Shown: positions 1 to 9,625, numbered from the stretch's first letter. The stretch: 64,000 nt of DNA from Candidatus Peribacteria bacterium (GCA_041691135.1 JBEPVF010000004.1:64001-128000); one strand, 5' to 3'. Program-made: numbers and translations. The notes: generated from the letters alone by a model not told the origin.

Positions 1-379
1 CCAGATTGCTCAGCACGATCACCGGCGAACGGATGCTCTGTTCCTGCAAACGTTCGAGCAACGTGAAGCCATCGAGCTCCGGCATAATCAGATCGAGAAG
101 AATAACACTGTACTGTCCGGAGAGTGCTTCGCGGAGACCTTCGGCTCCCGTCAACGATACCTCCGTCTCGTAACCTTCGTGGTTGATTTTGAGTTCCAAT
201 GCATGTGCCAGCGGCCGCTCGTCTTCAATGATCAGTACGCGCTTCTTTCCCGACACATCGGGTACAGCGGATACGGTCGGAGTGGGAGACGGTGAAGGCA
301 CCGGCGCGGGAGCGGGAGTCGGATTAGGTGTAGCTGCCGGAGCCGGAGAGGGTGTTACGGGAATCGAAGTATCATCCAT
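1..379 (-). CDS. Response regulator receiver-domain protein with Pro-rich N-terminal extension (runs off the window at the left edge)
   Basis: Not in ORF track. Manual translation from ATG at 379: MDDTSIPVTPSPAPAATPNPTPAPAP...KKRVLIIEDE...VILLDLIMPELDGF...PVIVLSNL, which has the canonical REC motifs. Confidence 0.9.
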   Translation of the reverse strand, partial: MDDTSIPVTPSPAPAATPNPTPAPAPVPSPSPTPTVSAVPDVSGKKRVLIIEDERPLAHALELKINHEGYETEVSLTGAEGLREALSGQYSVILLDLIMPELDGFTLLERLQEQSIRSPVIVLSNL

Positions 380-450
380 AAGCAACTATTGAGAATTCAT
401 CTTATTGTAGCAGAATAGACGGATTCGTGCAAGAATGTTCCGTCTTCCCG

Positions 451-472
451 CATACCGGCCCCAGCCGGTATG
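451..472 (+). promoter_or_regulatory. Perfect 9-bp hairpin in the purH leader
   Basis: CATACCGGC-CCCA-GCCGGTATG, ending 19 nt before the purH ATG. Function unknown. Confidence 0.4.
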
Positions 473-491
473 ACCCGCCTCCCATCAGCCT

Positions 492-2006
492 ATGCCAAAA
501 CGCGCCCTGTTATCCGTTTCGGACAAAAATGGACTCATCGAACTGGCTCAGCGCCTGCAAGCAGCCGGCTTTGAGCTGATTGCCACCGGCGGGACCGAGA
601 AAGCCCTCCGTGAGGCGAAAATTGCCGTCACGGGCGTGGAGACCATTACCGAATTCCCAGAATGTTTCTCCGGGCGCGTCAAGACAATGCATCCGAAGAT
701 CATGGGCGGCGTTCTGTTTCGCCGTAACGACCAGGTCCATGAACAAGAAGCACAGAAACTCGGTATTCAACCGATCGATCTGGTGATCGTGAACCTCTAT
801 CCTTTCGCCGCCACCATGCGCGACACGACGAAATCGCGCGACGACGTGATCGAGCAGATCGATATTGGTGGTCCGACGCTCCTGCGCAGCGCGGCGAAAA
901 ATCACGCCAGCGTCACCGTCATTTGCGATCCCAACGATTACGCGCCGCTCTTGGAACAGATAGAAAACAATGGCGACACGACCATCGAATTTCGTCAGCA
1001 GTGCGCCGCAAAAGTCTTTCAGCATACCGCCGCGTACGACGCTCTTATCACACAGTATCTGACTGATGGGCGCACGACTGACATTCTGCTGACGGACGGG
1101 AAAAAATTGCGGTACGGCGAGAACCCGCATCAGACAGGAATGTATTACAAAACAGACACGGGAGGTTCATGGAAACAATTGCAGGGAAAAGAGCTCTCGT
1201 ATCTCAACATTCTCGACGCTGACGGCGCGTGGACCACCGTTCAGGATTTTTCGGAACCGACCGTCGTGATGGTGAAGCATGCGAACCCGTGCGGCATCGC
1301 ATCGGATGCATCGATCGACAATGCATTCCAGCGCGCATACGACGCCGACCGACTGTCGGCCTTCGGCGTGATCATCGCGTTCAACCGCCCGTGCACCGCC
1401 GCGATTGCGAAGAATATTCTGGATCAGAAGATGTTCGTCGAAGTGATCATCGCACCGGCCTATGATAAAGAGTGTCTGGAATTACTGTCACAGAAGCAGA
1501 ATTTACGGCTTATTGAAGCCAAAAAACAGGAAAAGAAAGACAGGCCGCAGACACTGGTCTATCGTTCGGCGCTCGGCGGCATGCTGGTGCAAGATGAAGA
1601 TCATCGCACTGTGACCGAAGCGGATCTGACATGCGTGACCACGAAAAAACCGACACCGCAGCAGATACAAGACTTGCTCTTCGCATGGGCCTGCGTGAAG
1701 CACGCCAAGAGCAACGCCATCGTCTTCGTGAAAGACAAAACGACCGTCGGCATCGGTGCCGGTCAGACGAGCCGCGTGGATGCGACGTGGATCGCCGCCA
1801 GGCGCGCCGGCGAAAAGGCGCAGGGTGCGGTGATGGCCAGCGACGCCTTCTTCCCGTTCTCGGACTCCGTGGAAGAAGCCGCCAAGCACGGCATTGTCGC
1901 CGTCATCCAGCCGGGCGGATCCGTGCGTGACGCCGAAGTGTTCGCCAAGGCCGAAGAATTGGGACTGGTGATGGTCACCACGAGCGTGCGGGCGTTTTGG
2001 CACTGA
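492..2006 (+). CDS. purH: Bifunctional AICAR transformylase/IMP cyclohydrolase
   Basis: RALLSVSDK, GRVKTMHP, IDIGGPTLLRSAAKNH, LRYGENPHQ, KHANPCG, ASDAFFPF, IQPGGS motifs. Confidence 0.97.
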   Translation: MPKRALLSVSDKNGLIELAQRLQAAGFELIATGGTEKALREAKIAVTGVETITEFPECFSGRVKTMHPKIMGGVLFRRNDQVHEQEAQKLGIQPIDLVIVNLYPFAATMRDTTKSRDDVIEQIDIGGPTLLRSAAKNHASVTVICDPNDYAPLLEQIENNGDTTIEFRQQCAAKVFQHTAAYDALITQYLTDGRTTDILLTDGKKLRYGENPHQTGMYYKTDTGGSWKQLQGKELSYLNILDADGAWTTVQDFSEPTVVMVKHANPCGIASDASIDNAFQRAYDADRLSAFGVIIAFNRPCTAAIAKNILDQKMFVEVIIAPAYDKECLELLSQKQNLRLIEAKKQEKKDRPQTLVYRSALGGMLVQDEDHRTVTEADLTCVTTKKPTPQQIQDLLFAWACVKHAKSNAIVFVKDKTTVGIGAGQTSRVDATWIAARRAGEKAQGAVMASDAFFPFSDSVEEAAKHGIVAVIQPGGSVRDAEVFAKAEELGLVMVTTSVRAFWH

Positions 2007-2079
2007 ATAAGCCTCATTAGAACAGCACATATAAAAATTTTCTCTTGTGGAAGCCAATTTATTCCATCATTCCCTCAAT

Positions 2080-2108
2080 TTGATTGAATTTAGTTTTTAT
2101 TGTATAAT
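2080..2108 (+). promoter_or_regulatory. Sigma70-type promoter
   Basis: TTGATT(2080-85)-17 nt-TATAAT(2103-08). Confidence 0.65.
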
Positions 2109-2120
2109 AATATATACATT

Positions 2121-2360
2121 ATGACAAACCGCCTTGAGTTCACCGCCAAAAAAACCAGTGAATTAAAGCAAGAAGCAATAGCAGGATTACCCAAGGCCGA
2201 CTTCAAGAAACTATCTGCCGTTGAACAGCTCAAAGCTCTCTTGCGAGAAAAGGGCGTGATGAACGCAGAAGGAGAATTCGATACGAAAAGAATTATCGAC
2301 GATTTTGAAGCCGGCAAAACAGCTGAGCTAGATCAAGCAGAAGCAGCCAACCAGAAGTAG
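2121..2360 (+). CDS. Small hypothetical protein (79 aa)
   Basis: ATG at 2121 (MTNRLEFTAKK...) just downstream of a good promoter. Helical and charged; no family recognised. Confidence 0.65.
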   Translation: MTNRLEFTAKKTSELKQEAIAGLPKADFKKLSAVEQLKALLREKGVMNAEGEFDTKRIIDDFEAGKTAELDQAEAANQK

Positions 2361-2367
2361 TGATTTA

Positions 2368-2967
2368 TCAGGAAAGACTGCGCCGCCCCGCGATTGCTTC
2401 GCGCAAGGTGGTTTGATCGGCGAATTCGATGTCGGCGCCCATCGGCAATCCGTGCGCAAGACGCGTGATTTTTGGAACGTACTGCTGCAATTGATTTCGC
2501 AAATATGTCGCCGTCGCCTCGCCTTCGATATCCGGATTCGTCGCAATGATGATCTCGTCGGCACCGCCATCCTTTACGCGCTGCACCAGTTCACGCAATT
2601 TGAGCTGTTCTGGCCCCATACCGTCGATAGGTGAGAGAACACCGTGAAGCACGTGGTACACGCCTTTATAGCCCGACTTTTCGAATGCCAGTACATCGAG
2701 TGGATCTTCGACCACCAGAATCATCTTGTGGTCCCGACCGCCGTTGCGACAGATATCGCACATCTCTTCGGTCGTCACCATCTGGCAATTGCTGCAGTAG
2801 TGCAATTGTTCCTTGAGCGTCAGGAGCGCGCGGCCAAGCCCTTCGGGCGATGCTTTGGAACTGCGCAGTAGATGGAACGTTAAGCGTTCGGCCGATTTCG
2901 ATCCGATGCCGGGAAGTTTGGAAAACTCTTCGATCGTTTTCTGAATTTGAGGAGGCAGGAGTGACAT
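2368..2967 (-). CDS. recR: Recombination mediator RecR
   Basis: LPGIGSKSAERL HhH, CxxC..CxxC zinc finger, YHVLHGVLSP, ATNPDIEGEATA Toprim motifs. Confidence 0.97.
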   Translation of the reverse strand: MSLLPPQIQKTIEEFSKLPGIGSKSAERLTFHLLRSSKASPEGLGRALLTLKEQLHYCSNCQMVTTEEMCDICRNGGRDHKMILVVEDPLDVLAFEKSGYKGVYHVLHGVLSPIDGMGPEQLKLRELVQRVKDGGADEIIIATNPDIEGEATATYLRNQLQQYVPKITRLAHGLPMGADIEFADQTTLREAIAGRRSLS

Positions 2968-2972
2968 GAAAC

Positions 2973-3074
2973 GAATTGAAAATGAGGAATGGAGAATTGA
3001 AAATGCCTGACGATATTTCTGAACAGAGATAGATCTTTACAATTCTCATTCATCAATCGTGAATTATCAATTCA
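2973..3074. repeat. Inverted pair of degenerate heptamer tandem arrays
   Basis: GAATTGA-AAATGAG-GAATGGA-GAATTGA (2973-3000) facing CAATTCT-CATTCAT-CAATCGT-GAATTAT-CAATTCA (3040-3074). Confidence 0.7.
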
Positions 3075-3078
3075 AAGA

Positions 3079-3519
3079 TCAAACATCTTTGCCTTCGCGC
3101 AGCCGTCTGCCTGTTTCCCGTTCTTTGATTCTCTGCCGCTTGTCGATTGTCTTGCGCCCGCGTCCCACTGCCAGGATCAATTTGATGTACTTTCCGGCCT
3201 TCATCTCCAAGGGCACCACCGTCACTCCTTTTTCGGCCAACATCGACTGCATGCGATCCGCCTCCACTTTCTTGAGCAGGAGAACTCGATCGCGTCCCGG
3301 TTGATAATCCGGATCCTGCACAGCAAACGCGTACTGCGCGATGCTGGCGTTCTTCAAGATCGGCTTGCCGCCGAGGAACGATAAATACGAACCGGCCAAC
3401 TGCACGTTGCCGAGTCGTGCCGATTTCACTTCGGGACCCGTAAGGATGATCCCCGCTTCGATTGTATCCGTAATGGCATAATCGAAACGGGCACGCCGAT
3501 TTTGGGCCACAGTCTTCAT
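3079..3519 (-). CDS. smpB: SsrA-binding protein
   Basis: NRRARFDY, EAGIILTGPEVKS, GRGRKTIDKRQRIKERE. Confidence 0.97.
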   Translation of the reverse strand: MKTVAQNRRARFDYAITDTIEAGIILTGPEVKSARLGNVQLAGSYLSFLGGKPILKNASIAQYAFAVQDPDYQPGRDRVLLLKKVEADRMQSMLAEKGVTVVPLEMKAGKYIKLILAVGRGRKTIDKRQRIKERETGRRLREGKDV

Positions 3520-3567
3520 ACAGGCAGTATGCGCGGCTTAACGGATCCTGAAAATGGCTTCTGATAG

Positions 3568-3750
3568 AGCCCTCTGTGAACCCCAAACATGTACAAAATT
3601 GTTGACAAATTCAACAAATACACTAGGATATTCCTGTCCTTTGTCAATTCTATTGTTTTCTTGGGGTTCGCCCCAAGGCGAACACCCGTTTTCGGGCCTC
3701 ATATAATCAAAGGATATTTGAGGGCTTCACCTCTTTAAGGACGAAGTCCT
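3568..3750. other. Structured intergenic element, candidate ncRNA
   Basis: Nested inverted repeats, a UUCG hairpin at 3660-3677, and face-to-face TTGACA boxes. No known family recognised. Confidence 0.35.
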
Positions 3751-3786
3751 CTTCTCCATACTCTAAAACCTGGACTGCAGTGATAT

Positions 3787-4566
3787 TTAAAACGAGAGCA
3801 GTCCATACACATGTTCACCGGCTATCAAAGCGAGGTAGGCACCGATGACCAAAAAGGGACCGAACGGCAGCGCCTGCTGCAGTGTTTTTCGACGTGTCGT
3901 GAGCAAAAAAGTCGCCACTGCCGCACCGATGACGTAGGCGAAGAACAACAACGCCAACGCCGGGCGCCAGTTGGCGAGCAGCAACCCGATACCGGCTCCC
4001 AATAGAATATCACCGCTGCCCACCCAGCGTCCGCGACTGATGAGCCATTGAACAGCAAAGAATCCGCCGCCGATAAAGAGTCCGCTGACATCAATCGTAT
4101 GAGTGCTCAGCCACTGGAAGAGGAGCGCGAGACCAATGATCGGCACACTGAGTGCATCTGGTATGAGCGACGTGCGTGCGTCGATGACTGCAATCAGAAA
4201 GAGCAGCCACAGAATCAGTGCCAGAAGCAACCCCGGCAAAATCGCGTACTGCACATGCCACAGCGCGAAGAGGAAGAGCAACGCACTCACGAATTCAACG
4301 AGCGGATACTGTAGTGCAATGGGCTTGTGACAACCTGAGCAGCGACCACGCAGCGCAACGAAACTCAGAATGGGAATGAGCTCGAGTACATGCAGCAATT
4401 TGCCGCACTGCGGACAGTGCGAGCGACCGCCTATCGATTGCTGTTCCGGCAGCCGGTAAATGAGCACATTGCCGAAACTGCCAAACACCGCTCCCAGGAC
4501 ACCGAAGAAACTCAGGAGCATACCCGGTGAAAAATGCGCCGCGCCCATGACGGCAGCATAGAGCAA
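3787..4566 (-). CDS. pilD: Prepilin peptidase (A24 family)
   Basis: GSFGNVLIYRLP, RSHCPQC..GRCSGC, catalytic D in AVIDART and GSGD, LPFGPFL. True start may be an internal ATG. Confidence 0.93.
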   Translation of the reverse strand: MLYAAVMGAAHFSPGMLLSFFGVLGAVFGSFGNVLIYRLPEQQSIGGRSHCPQCGKLLHVLELIPILSFVALRGRCSGCHKPIALQYPLVEFVSALLFLFALWHVQYAILPGLLLALILWLLFLIAVIDARTSLIPDALSVPIIGLALLFQWLSTHTIDVSGLFIGGGFFAVQWLISRGRWVGSGDILLGAGIGLLLANWRPALALLFFAYVIGAAVATFLLTTRRKTLQQALPFGPFLVIGAYLALIAGEHVYGLLSF

Positions 4567-4580
4567 ACGAAGAGTCAGAG

Positions 4581-4835
4581 CTATTGGCCGTCGACGTTCG
4601 TCGTATCAACATCAGATTGCTTGGCCATCATCGCCCGTGCCAATGATCCGATGTGATCCATCGTGCTCTGCTGCGTCGCCGCATGATCCATCGGCGCACT
4701 CGCATGGATGCCGACCGGTATGAGCTGCACCAAGCCGTAGATGGCGAGCGCAACGGCAGCCCCGCCTATGCCGCCCAATAATTGGCGCAGCCAGGGCGAG
4801 GAAGGGAGGCGAAACGGAAGGAGGGGAATGTGCAT
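4581..4835 (-). CDS. Small single-TM hypothetical protein
   Basis: ATG at 4835 downstream of TGcTATACT; hydrophobic segment LLGGIGGAAVALAIYGLV. Confidence 0.6.
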   Translation of the reverse strand: MHIPLLPFRLPSSPWLRQLLGGIGGAAVALAIYGLVQLIPVGIHASAPMDHAATQQSTMDHIGSLARAMMAKQSDVDTTNVDGQ

Positions 4836-4919
4836 GTGGGTATCAAAGTAGTATAGCAAAATTTGAGGATAAGGGATAGACGAAGGGAGTGTCGGCAAAT
4901 ATGACCTGCGGGACATTCC

Positions 4920-5303
4920 TCAGGCTTTGCGTCGCAGACTGCTCTTGTATTTTTCCGGTTCGAACGGTCCCAATCGCTCCACTGCTACGGGCAAATCCGC
5001 TTCTGTCACACCGGGCGGAAGTGCCTGATCGTAGCCCAGTAAAATGATGTCCGGCTGCACTGCACGAACCGGCACCAGGAAATCATCGGCATCACCCAGC
5101 AAAACATGCGCCTGCGGATACGCCGACTGTACGCCGGCCATGCGCTGCTCTTCTCCCTGATCCGGCGGCCGCCCTTTGATGCGCTCGACATTGCGATCAC
5201 GCGCCACCACCACATGGAGTTCGCCGCGCCGGGCCGCCTGCTCTAGTACAAACTGGTGTCCCAGATGCAGATGATCGAAGGTACCGAAGACGAGGACGCG
5301 CAT
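4920..5303 (-). CDS. Cytidylyltransferase-family nucleotidyltransferase (archaeal-type FAD synthase/RibL-like)
   Basis: GTFDHLHLGH (HxGH), VVVARD, PDIILLGYDQ, KSS motifs. Confidence 0.88.
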   Translation of the reverse strand: MRVLVFGTFDHLHLGHQFVLEQAARRGELHVVVARDRNVERIKGRPPDQGEEQRMAGVQSAYPQAHVLLGDADDFLVPVRAVQPDIILLGYDQALPPGVTEADLPVAVERLGPFEPEKYKSSLRRKA

Positions 5304-5324
5304 AGAGAAGTAAAGTACCAAAGG

Positions 5325-5430
5325 CGAGACTAAAAGCCAGATACGAAAACCAATGAATTACTCATCACTCACGATCAGGACCAGTCTATCGCCTTGATTT
5401 TGGCTTCTGATCTGTGAGCTTTGATTTTTT
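5325..5430. repeat. Degenerate heptamer-type inverted repeat
   Basis: AAAAGCCAGATACGAAAACCAA facing TTGATTTTGGCTTCTGATCTGTGAGCTTTGATTTTT. Confidence 0.5.
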
Positions 5431-5431
5431 G

Positions 5432-7435
5432 CTACTGCGCTTTCAGATCAATGCTATACACATGCTTCTCGTCGAGCAGGAATAGATGTGTTTCATCCGA
5501 ATCGACGTATAGATCCTGCAGCTTACCTACTGTCTCGCTCTCCAGAACATACTGGCGCAAATACTGCGCTTCACCGGTCTGGCCACCACCACTTACCACG
5601 ACGACGCGGTGATTGGTGGGGTCAAGGAAGTAGAAATTGCCGTCGACCACCTTAAACATCTTCGTCGCTGTCTGCAGCAGGCCTTTGGGCATCTGGCGGA
5701 TGACGAAATTCTGCGATTCACCGCGCAACAGCTTAAGAACGACACCGCCTTGTTTGAGCACGTACACGCTCGCATCAATAGACATGTCGAGCGCACCGGT
5801 CAGATCGCCGTTGACGTTGTAATTCACTGGCGTGCCATACCGGTTGGCCAGTCGTTCGTATTTGTAAATCTGTTTGGCATCGGGTGCGAGCAGATACAGG
5901 AAACGGCCATAGGTTTCGATATCCGTCCCGGTCAGCCAACCTTGGGGATCTTCGGTCTTCATTGTCGTCACCTGATTATCCGCCAGCTCCATCAAGCTGT
6001 TGCCAGTCGTCAAAAATACTTCGCTCTTGGAACGGTCGAAATACGTGCCATCGACGATCAGGTCATCATTGCTGATGTGCCGTGGGTCATCCATCGATGA
6101 CGATATGATGCGATAGCTGGCCTGTTTATCGAACACGTACAGTTCGCTTCCCGAGATACCGATGATTCCCTGCGCCGCGATATCGGCATTCTTCGTCGCC
6201 AGATTCGCCACCAAATGCGGCTCGGTAATGCGTGTGATATTGCTGATCTGCTCGCGCTTGGCACGAACACGAGCCAGCAGATCAACTGCCTGACTGCGAT
6301 AGAAGTGACTTTCGTTGTCGATCACCTGCTTGGCCTGCGATTCGGCGCGCTCCAGAATCGCATTGGCCGCATCGGGATCACCGGCCAGACGGCGCGTCTC
6401 GGCGGTCTGCAATTCGGCCGTAATCTGATCGATGAGCGCAGCGAGCTCCTGACGAGTTTTGCTCCGCTGGCTCTCGGTCGACAGACGGATGATCATCCAG
6501 ATGATCAAAAAGACGGCCAGCGCCCCGGCGAGAAGAAGAAGGTGGGCGCGCCGCTTGCGCTGTGGGTCGCGTAGGTCCGAAACGAACGTGGCAAATCCCC
6601 CGCGCAGCCGTGCCATGGTCCCACCCATCCCTCCGCCGGCACTGCGCACGCGAGCCGTGCTGCGGGACGCGACACGACTGAGGAGCGGCATCACCGTTTC
6701 TTTTGCGCGCTGCAGGTACGGCATCACCATTGCAAATTTGCTGCCCGATTGTTGGCGCGAACGACGATTGGGGAGTGCCGTCCGGCGAGCCGGACGCTGC
6801 GGCTCTTCTTGGTCGCTTGGACCGCTGCCACCTTCTACCTGGAGCGCACCCAGTGCCGCTACTTCTTTCTCCGCCTGCAGACGCAGTTTCAAATCATCAA
6901 TGATTCCATCGCCCATACCGGCAAGCCGCGACAGTTGCGCCGGCGTGACGGCACGCATCAGACGCTGCGTCGAAAAAATAACGACATCTCCCGGTTCGAG
7001 CTGCCCGCTGGAAATGTGAATGAAGTTTGGAATGGGTTTCCCGCGGCTGAATTCGGTGATTTGGCTGGCCGCACCAGCGCGGAGCAGCCACCCTTCGCCG
7101 CGTCCGGCATGCGACACATGCAACATGCCGTTCTTTTCGATCAGCGCGATGATCGCATGCACGTCGTCGATGTTGTCGCCCACAAGCAGACCTTTGAAGA
7201 GGCCATTCATTTCTTTGAGCGTGCCATCCAGGCGCGTCCATGCCTCGCCTTCCGTATCCAGCAGCGCATGTTCAACGATTCCACGGCACTCGTGTTCCAA
7301 CGCCTGCGCATCGCGCGCAGACGAGCGCACCTGCAGCAGCAGGCACACATGTTCGCCGTGGGACTGGAATGTACGCGAAACGAGAACTGTGCCATTTCCC
7401 GATGTCGTCGTCCCTGTTTGGAGCGCGAGGTCCAT
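5432..7435 (-). CDS. Membrane protein: PP2C/PPM-like N-domain, one TM helix, helical linker, NHL-like beta-propeller
   Basis: HVSHAGRGEGWLLRAG and GQLEPGDVVIFST resemble a PPM fold; TM LLLLAGALAVFLIIWMII; C-terminal propeller blades (LYLLAPDAKQIYKY, FYFLDPTNHRVVVV). Confidence 0.65.
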   Translation of the reverse strand: MDLALQTGTTTSGNGTVLVSRTFQSHGEHVCLLLQVRSSARDAQALEHECRGIVEHALLDTEGEAWTRLDGTLKEMNGLFKGLLVGDNIDDVHAIIALIEKNGMLHVSHAGRGEGWLLRAGAASQITEFSRGKPIPNFIHISSGQLEPGDVVIFSTQRLMRAVTPAQLSRLAGMGDGIIDDLKLRLQAEKEVAALGALQVEGGSGPSDQEEPQRPARRTALPNRRSRQQSGSKFAMVMPYLQRAKETVMPLLSRVASRSTARVRSAGGGMGGTMARLRGGFATFVSDLRDPQRKRRAHLLLLAGALAVFLIIWMIIRLSTESQRSKTRQELAALIDQITAELQTAETRRLAGDPDAANAILERAESQAKQVIDNESHFYRSQAVDLLARVRAKREQISNITRITEPHLVANLATKNADIAAQGIIGISGSELYVFDKQASYRIISSSMDDPRHISNDDLIVDGTYFDRSKSEVFLTTGNSLMELADNQVTTMKTEDPQGWLTGTDIETYGRFLYLLAPDAKQIYKYERLANRYGTPVNYNVNGDLTGALDMSIDASVYVLKQGGVVLKLLRGESQNFVIRQMPKGLLQTATKMFKVVDGNFYFLDPTNHRVVVVSGGGQTGEAQYLRQYVLESETVGKLQDLYVDSDETHLFLLDEKHVYSIDLKAQ

Positions 7436-7729
7436 CGGTTGAAGAGGCTACCGGGCCGCTCCCCGTGGGGCAAGGCGGTGTACCTGACGAACAATCGAAA
7501 TCGTTGAAGAAACAATCATTGTCCTGAGTCGTCTACATGGCGCTTTCCGGGTCGCAACAGACAAAACTGGAGGGCGAAGCGGGAGAAACCCCTGATAAAT
7601 TACAAATTAATCAATCAATAATTTGTTATATATAAGCCATAAAAAAGGCATACCGACAAAGAGCCCTATTGCTATTGGTCTCCAAGAGGAGTACAGTGAT
7701 GGCAGTTATATTTCTTTCAAACGACAAGA

Positions 7730-9601
7730 ATGTCAGATGGAACAACGTGGACGCCGCCTGCGGGTGGCCAACCACAACAGAAAAGGAATCCGAAATATTT
7801 TCGACGATTCCACCGCGGACGCCGACCAGGCCCCGCACAAAACAACCCCCCTGCGAAAGCAGTAGTCCCCAGCGGACCGATCGGTGCGGTAGACAAACCG
7901 CAACCACAGACAACTATTATTGATGCCAGCGGCAAAGCACGTGTACGCGTGTATGCGCTCGGCGGCTTCGAGCAAGTCGGCCGCAACTCCTTCGTGGTCG
8001 AAGTGGATGACGACATCTACATCATTGACCTCGGCTTGCAGTTTCCTGACGAAGACATGCTGGGCATCGATTACCTGATCCCCGATATCTCGGCCCTCAA
8101 AGGTCGCGAGAACAAGATCAAAGCCATCCTCTTCACGCACGGTCACCTCGACCACATCGGCGCCGCACAGCATTTGCTGCCAGCGCTGCACTATCCGCCG
8201 TGTTACGGCACACGCCTCACCATGGCTATGCTTAACAAGCGCCTGGAGGAAGATCATGTCGCGTCTCGCGTGCAGCTGAACACCGTCGATTTTCGTCAGA
8301 AGATCCGCCTCGGCAAGATCGAAGTGGAATTCCTGCGCGTCACACACTCGATTCCCGACTCAGCCGCCATCGCACTGCATACGCCGGCCGGTACGATCAT
8401 TCACACCGGTGACTTCAAATTCGACCTCACGCCGATGAACGAAGATCCGGCGGACTTCCACCGCCTGGCCCAGTTGGGTGATGCCGGCGTCCTCGCCATC
8501 ATTGCCGACTCGACCAACGCGACAAAGCCGGGCAACTCGAAGAGCGAGCGCGAAATTTCCCAGACGCTTCGCGGACTCATCCGCGATGCCAAAGGTCGCG
8601 TCATCATCTCGACTTTCTCGAGCCTGCTCAACCGCATCGAACAAGTCGTAGAACATGCGCGCGAATTCGACCGCAAAGTGTTCGTCTCCGGACGCAGCAT
8701 GGAAGCGAACATCGAAATCGCCCAGAACCTCGGCCACATCAAAGCGCCGCGCGGTCTCATCCGCAAAGCCGGCCCAGGCATGGAAAAATTGCCGGACCGC
8801 GAAGTGCTGATCCTTACCACCGGATCACAGGGCGAAGAGACAGCCGGACTCGCCCGCATGGGCCTCGGCTCTCATCGCAACGTAGTGGTAAAGAAGGGTG
8901 ACACCGTCATCCTCAGCTCCAATCCCATCTTGGGAAACGAGCGCGCGGTGGCCAAAGTAATCAACAATCTGCATCTCAAAGGTGCGCACGTGAAGACCAA
9001 CGCCGAACTGGCGCTGCACACCACCGGACACGGCTATCAGAACGATATTCTGCTGATGCACCGATTGGTGCGTGCCAAGCACGTGATTCCCGAACACGGT
9101 GAACCGCACATGAAAGCGGCGCACGGCGACCTGGCCCGTTCGATCGGCTACCAGGACAATCAGATTCATTTGCTGCTCAACGGCGAAATCCTCGAATTCG
9201 AAGCCGATGGATCGGCCCGCAAGAGCAAGCAGAAACACACGTGCAACGACGTGATCATCGACGGACGCGGTGCCGCCGGCGAAGGCCAGCGCATCCTCAA
9301 CGACCGAAAAATCATGAGCTCGAGCGGCATGATCATCGTGCTGTTCCGCGTGTACAGCGAGAGCAAGCGCCTGCTCGCCGACCCCGATGTCATCAGCCGC
9401 GGACTCATCTACGGCTCGGAATTCCAGACGATCACCAAAGACGTCACCATGGCCGCCCGCAAAGCGTACGAAGAAACAGTGCAACGCGGAGAAACCGACC
9501 GCAAAGCGATCAAATCAGCCGTCATCGGTGCTTTGTACCGCTACTTCGACCGACAACTTGACCGTGAGCCGATGGTAGTGCCGATCATTGTGGAAGTCTG
9601 A
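7730..9601 (+). CDS. rnj: Ribonuclease J
   Basis: ALGGFEQVGRN, THGHLDHIG, THSIPD, HTGDFK, TGSQGE, HTTGH, PEHGE. Has a basic, disordered N-terminal extension. Confidence 0.96.
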   Translation: MSDGTTWTPPAGGQPQQKRNPKYFRRFHRGRRPGPAQNNPPAKAVVPSGPIGAVDKPQPQTTIIDASGKARVRVYALGGFEQVGRNSFVVEVDDDIYIIDLGLQFPDEDMLGIDYLIPDISALKGRENKIKAILFTHGHLDHIGAAQHLLPALHYPPCYGTRLTMAMLNKRLEEDHVASRVQLNTVDFRQKIRLGKIEVEFLRVTHSIPDSAAIALHTPAGTIIHTGDFKFDLTPMNEDPADFHRLAQLGDAGVLAIIADSTNATKPGNSKSEREISQTLRGLIRDAKGRVIISTFSSLLNRIEQVVEHAREFDRKVFVSGRSMEANIEIAQNLGHIKAPRGLIRKAGPGMEKLPDREVLILTTGSQGEETAGLARMGLGSHRNVVVKKGDTVILSSNPILGNERAVAKVINNLHLKGAHVKTNAELALHTTGHGYQNDILLMHRLVRAKHVIPEHGEPHMKAAHGDLARSIGYQDNQIHLLLNGEILEFEADGSARKSKQKHTCNDVIIDGRGAAGEGQRILNDRKIMSSSGMIIVLFRVYSESKRLLADPDVISRGLIYGSEFQTITKDVTMAARKAYEETVQRGETDRKAIKSAVIGALYRYFDRQLDREPMVVPIIVEV

Positions 9602-9625
9602 TCATCAGCTAAGAAACGAACGACC

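Noticed and set aside
421-491. ZTP riboswitch upstream of purH
   Set aside because: Lacks the conserved GACUGGCG...GCCUGGGC elements and is too short.
3540-3790. tmRNA or hammerhead ribozyme next to smpB
   Set aside because: Too short for tmRNA, with no T-arm/CCA end or tag frame. CTGATAGA and GACGAAG do not match the CUGAnGA/GAAA hammerhead core.
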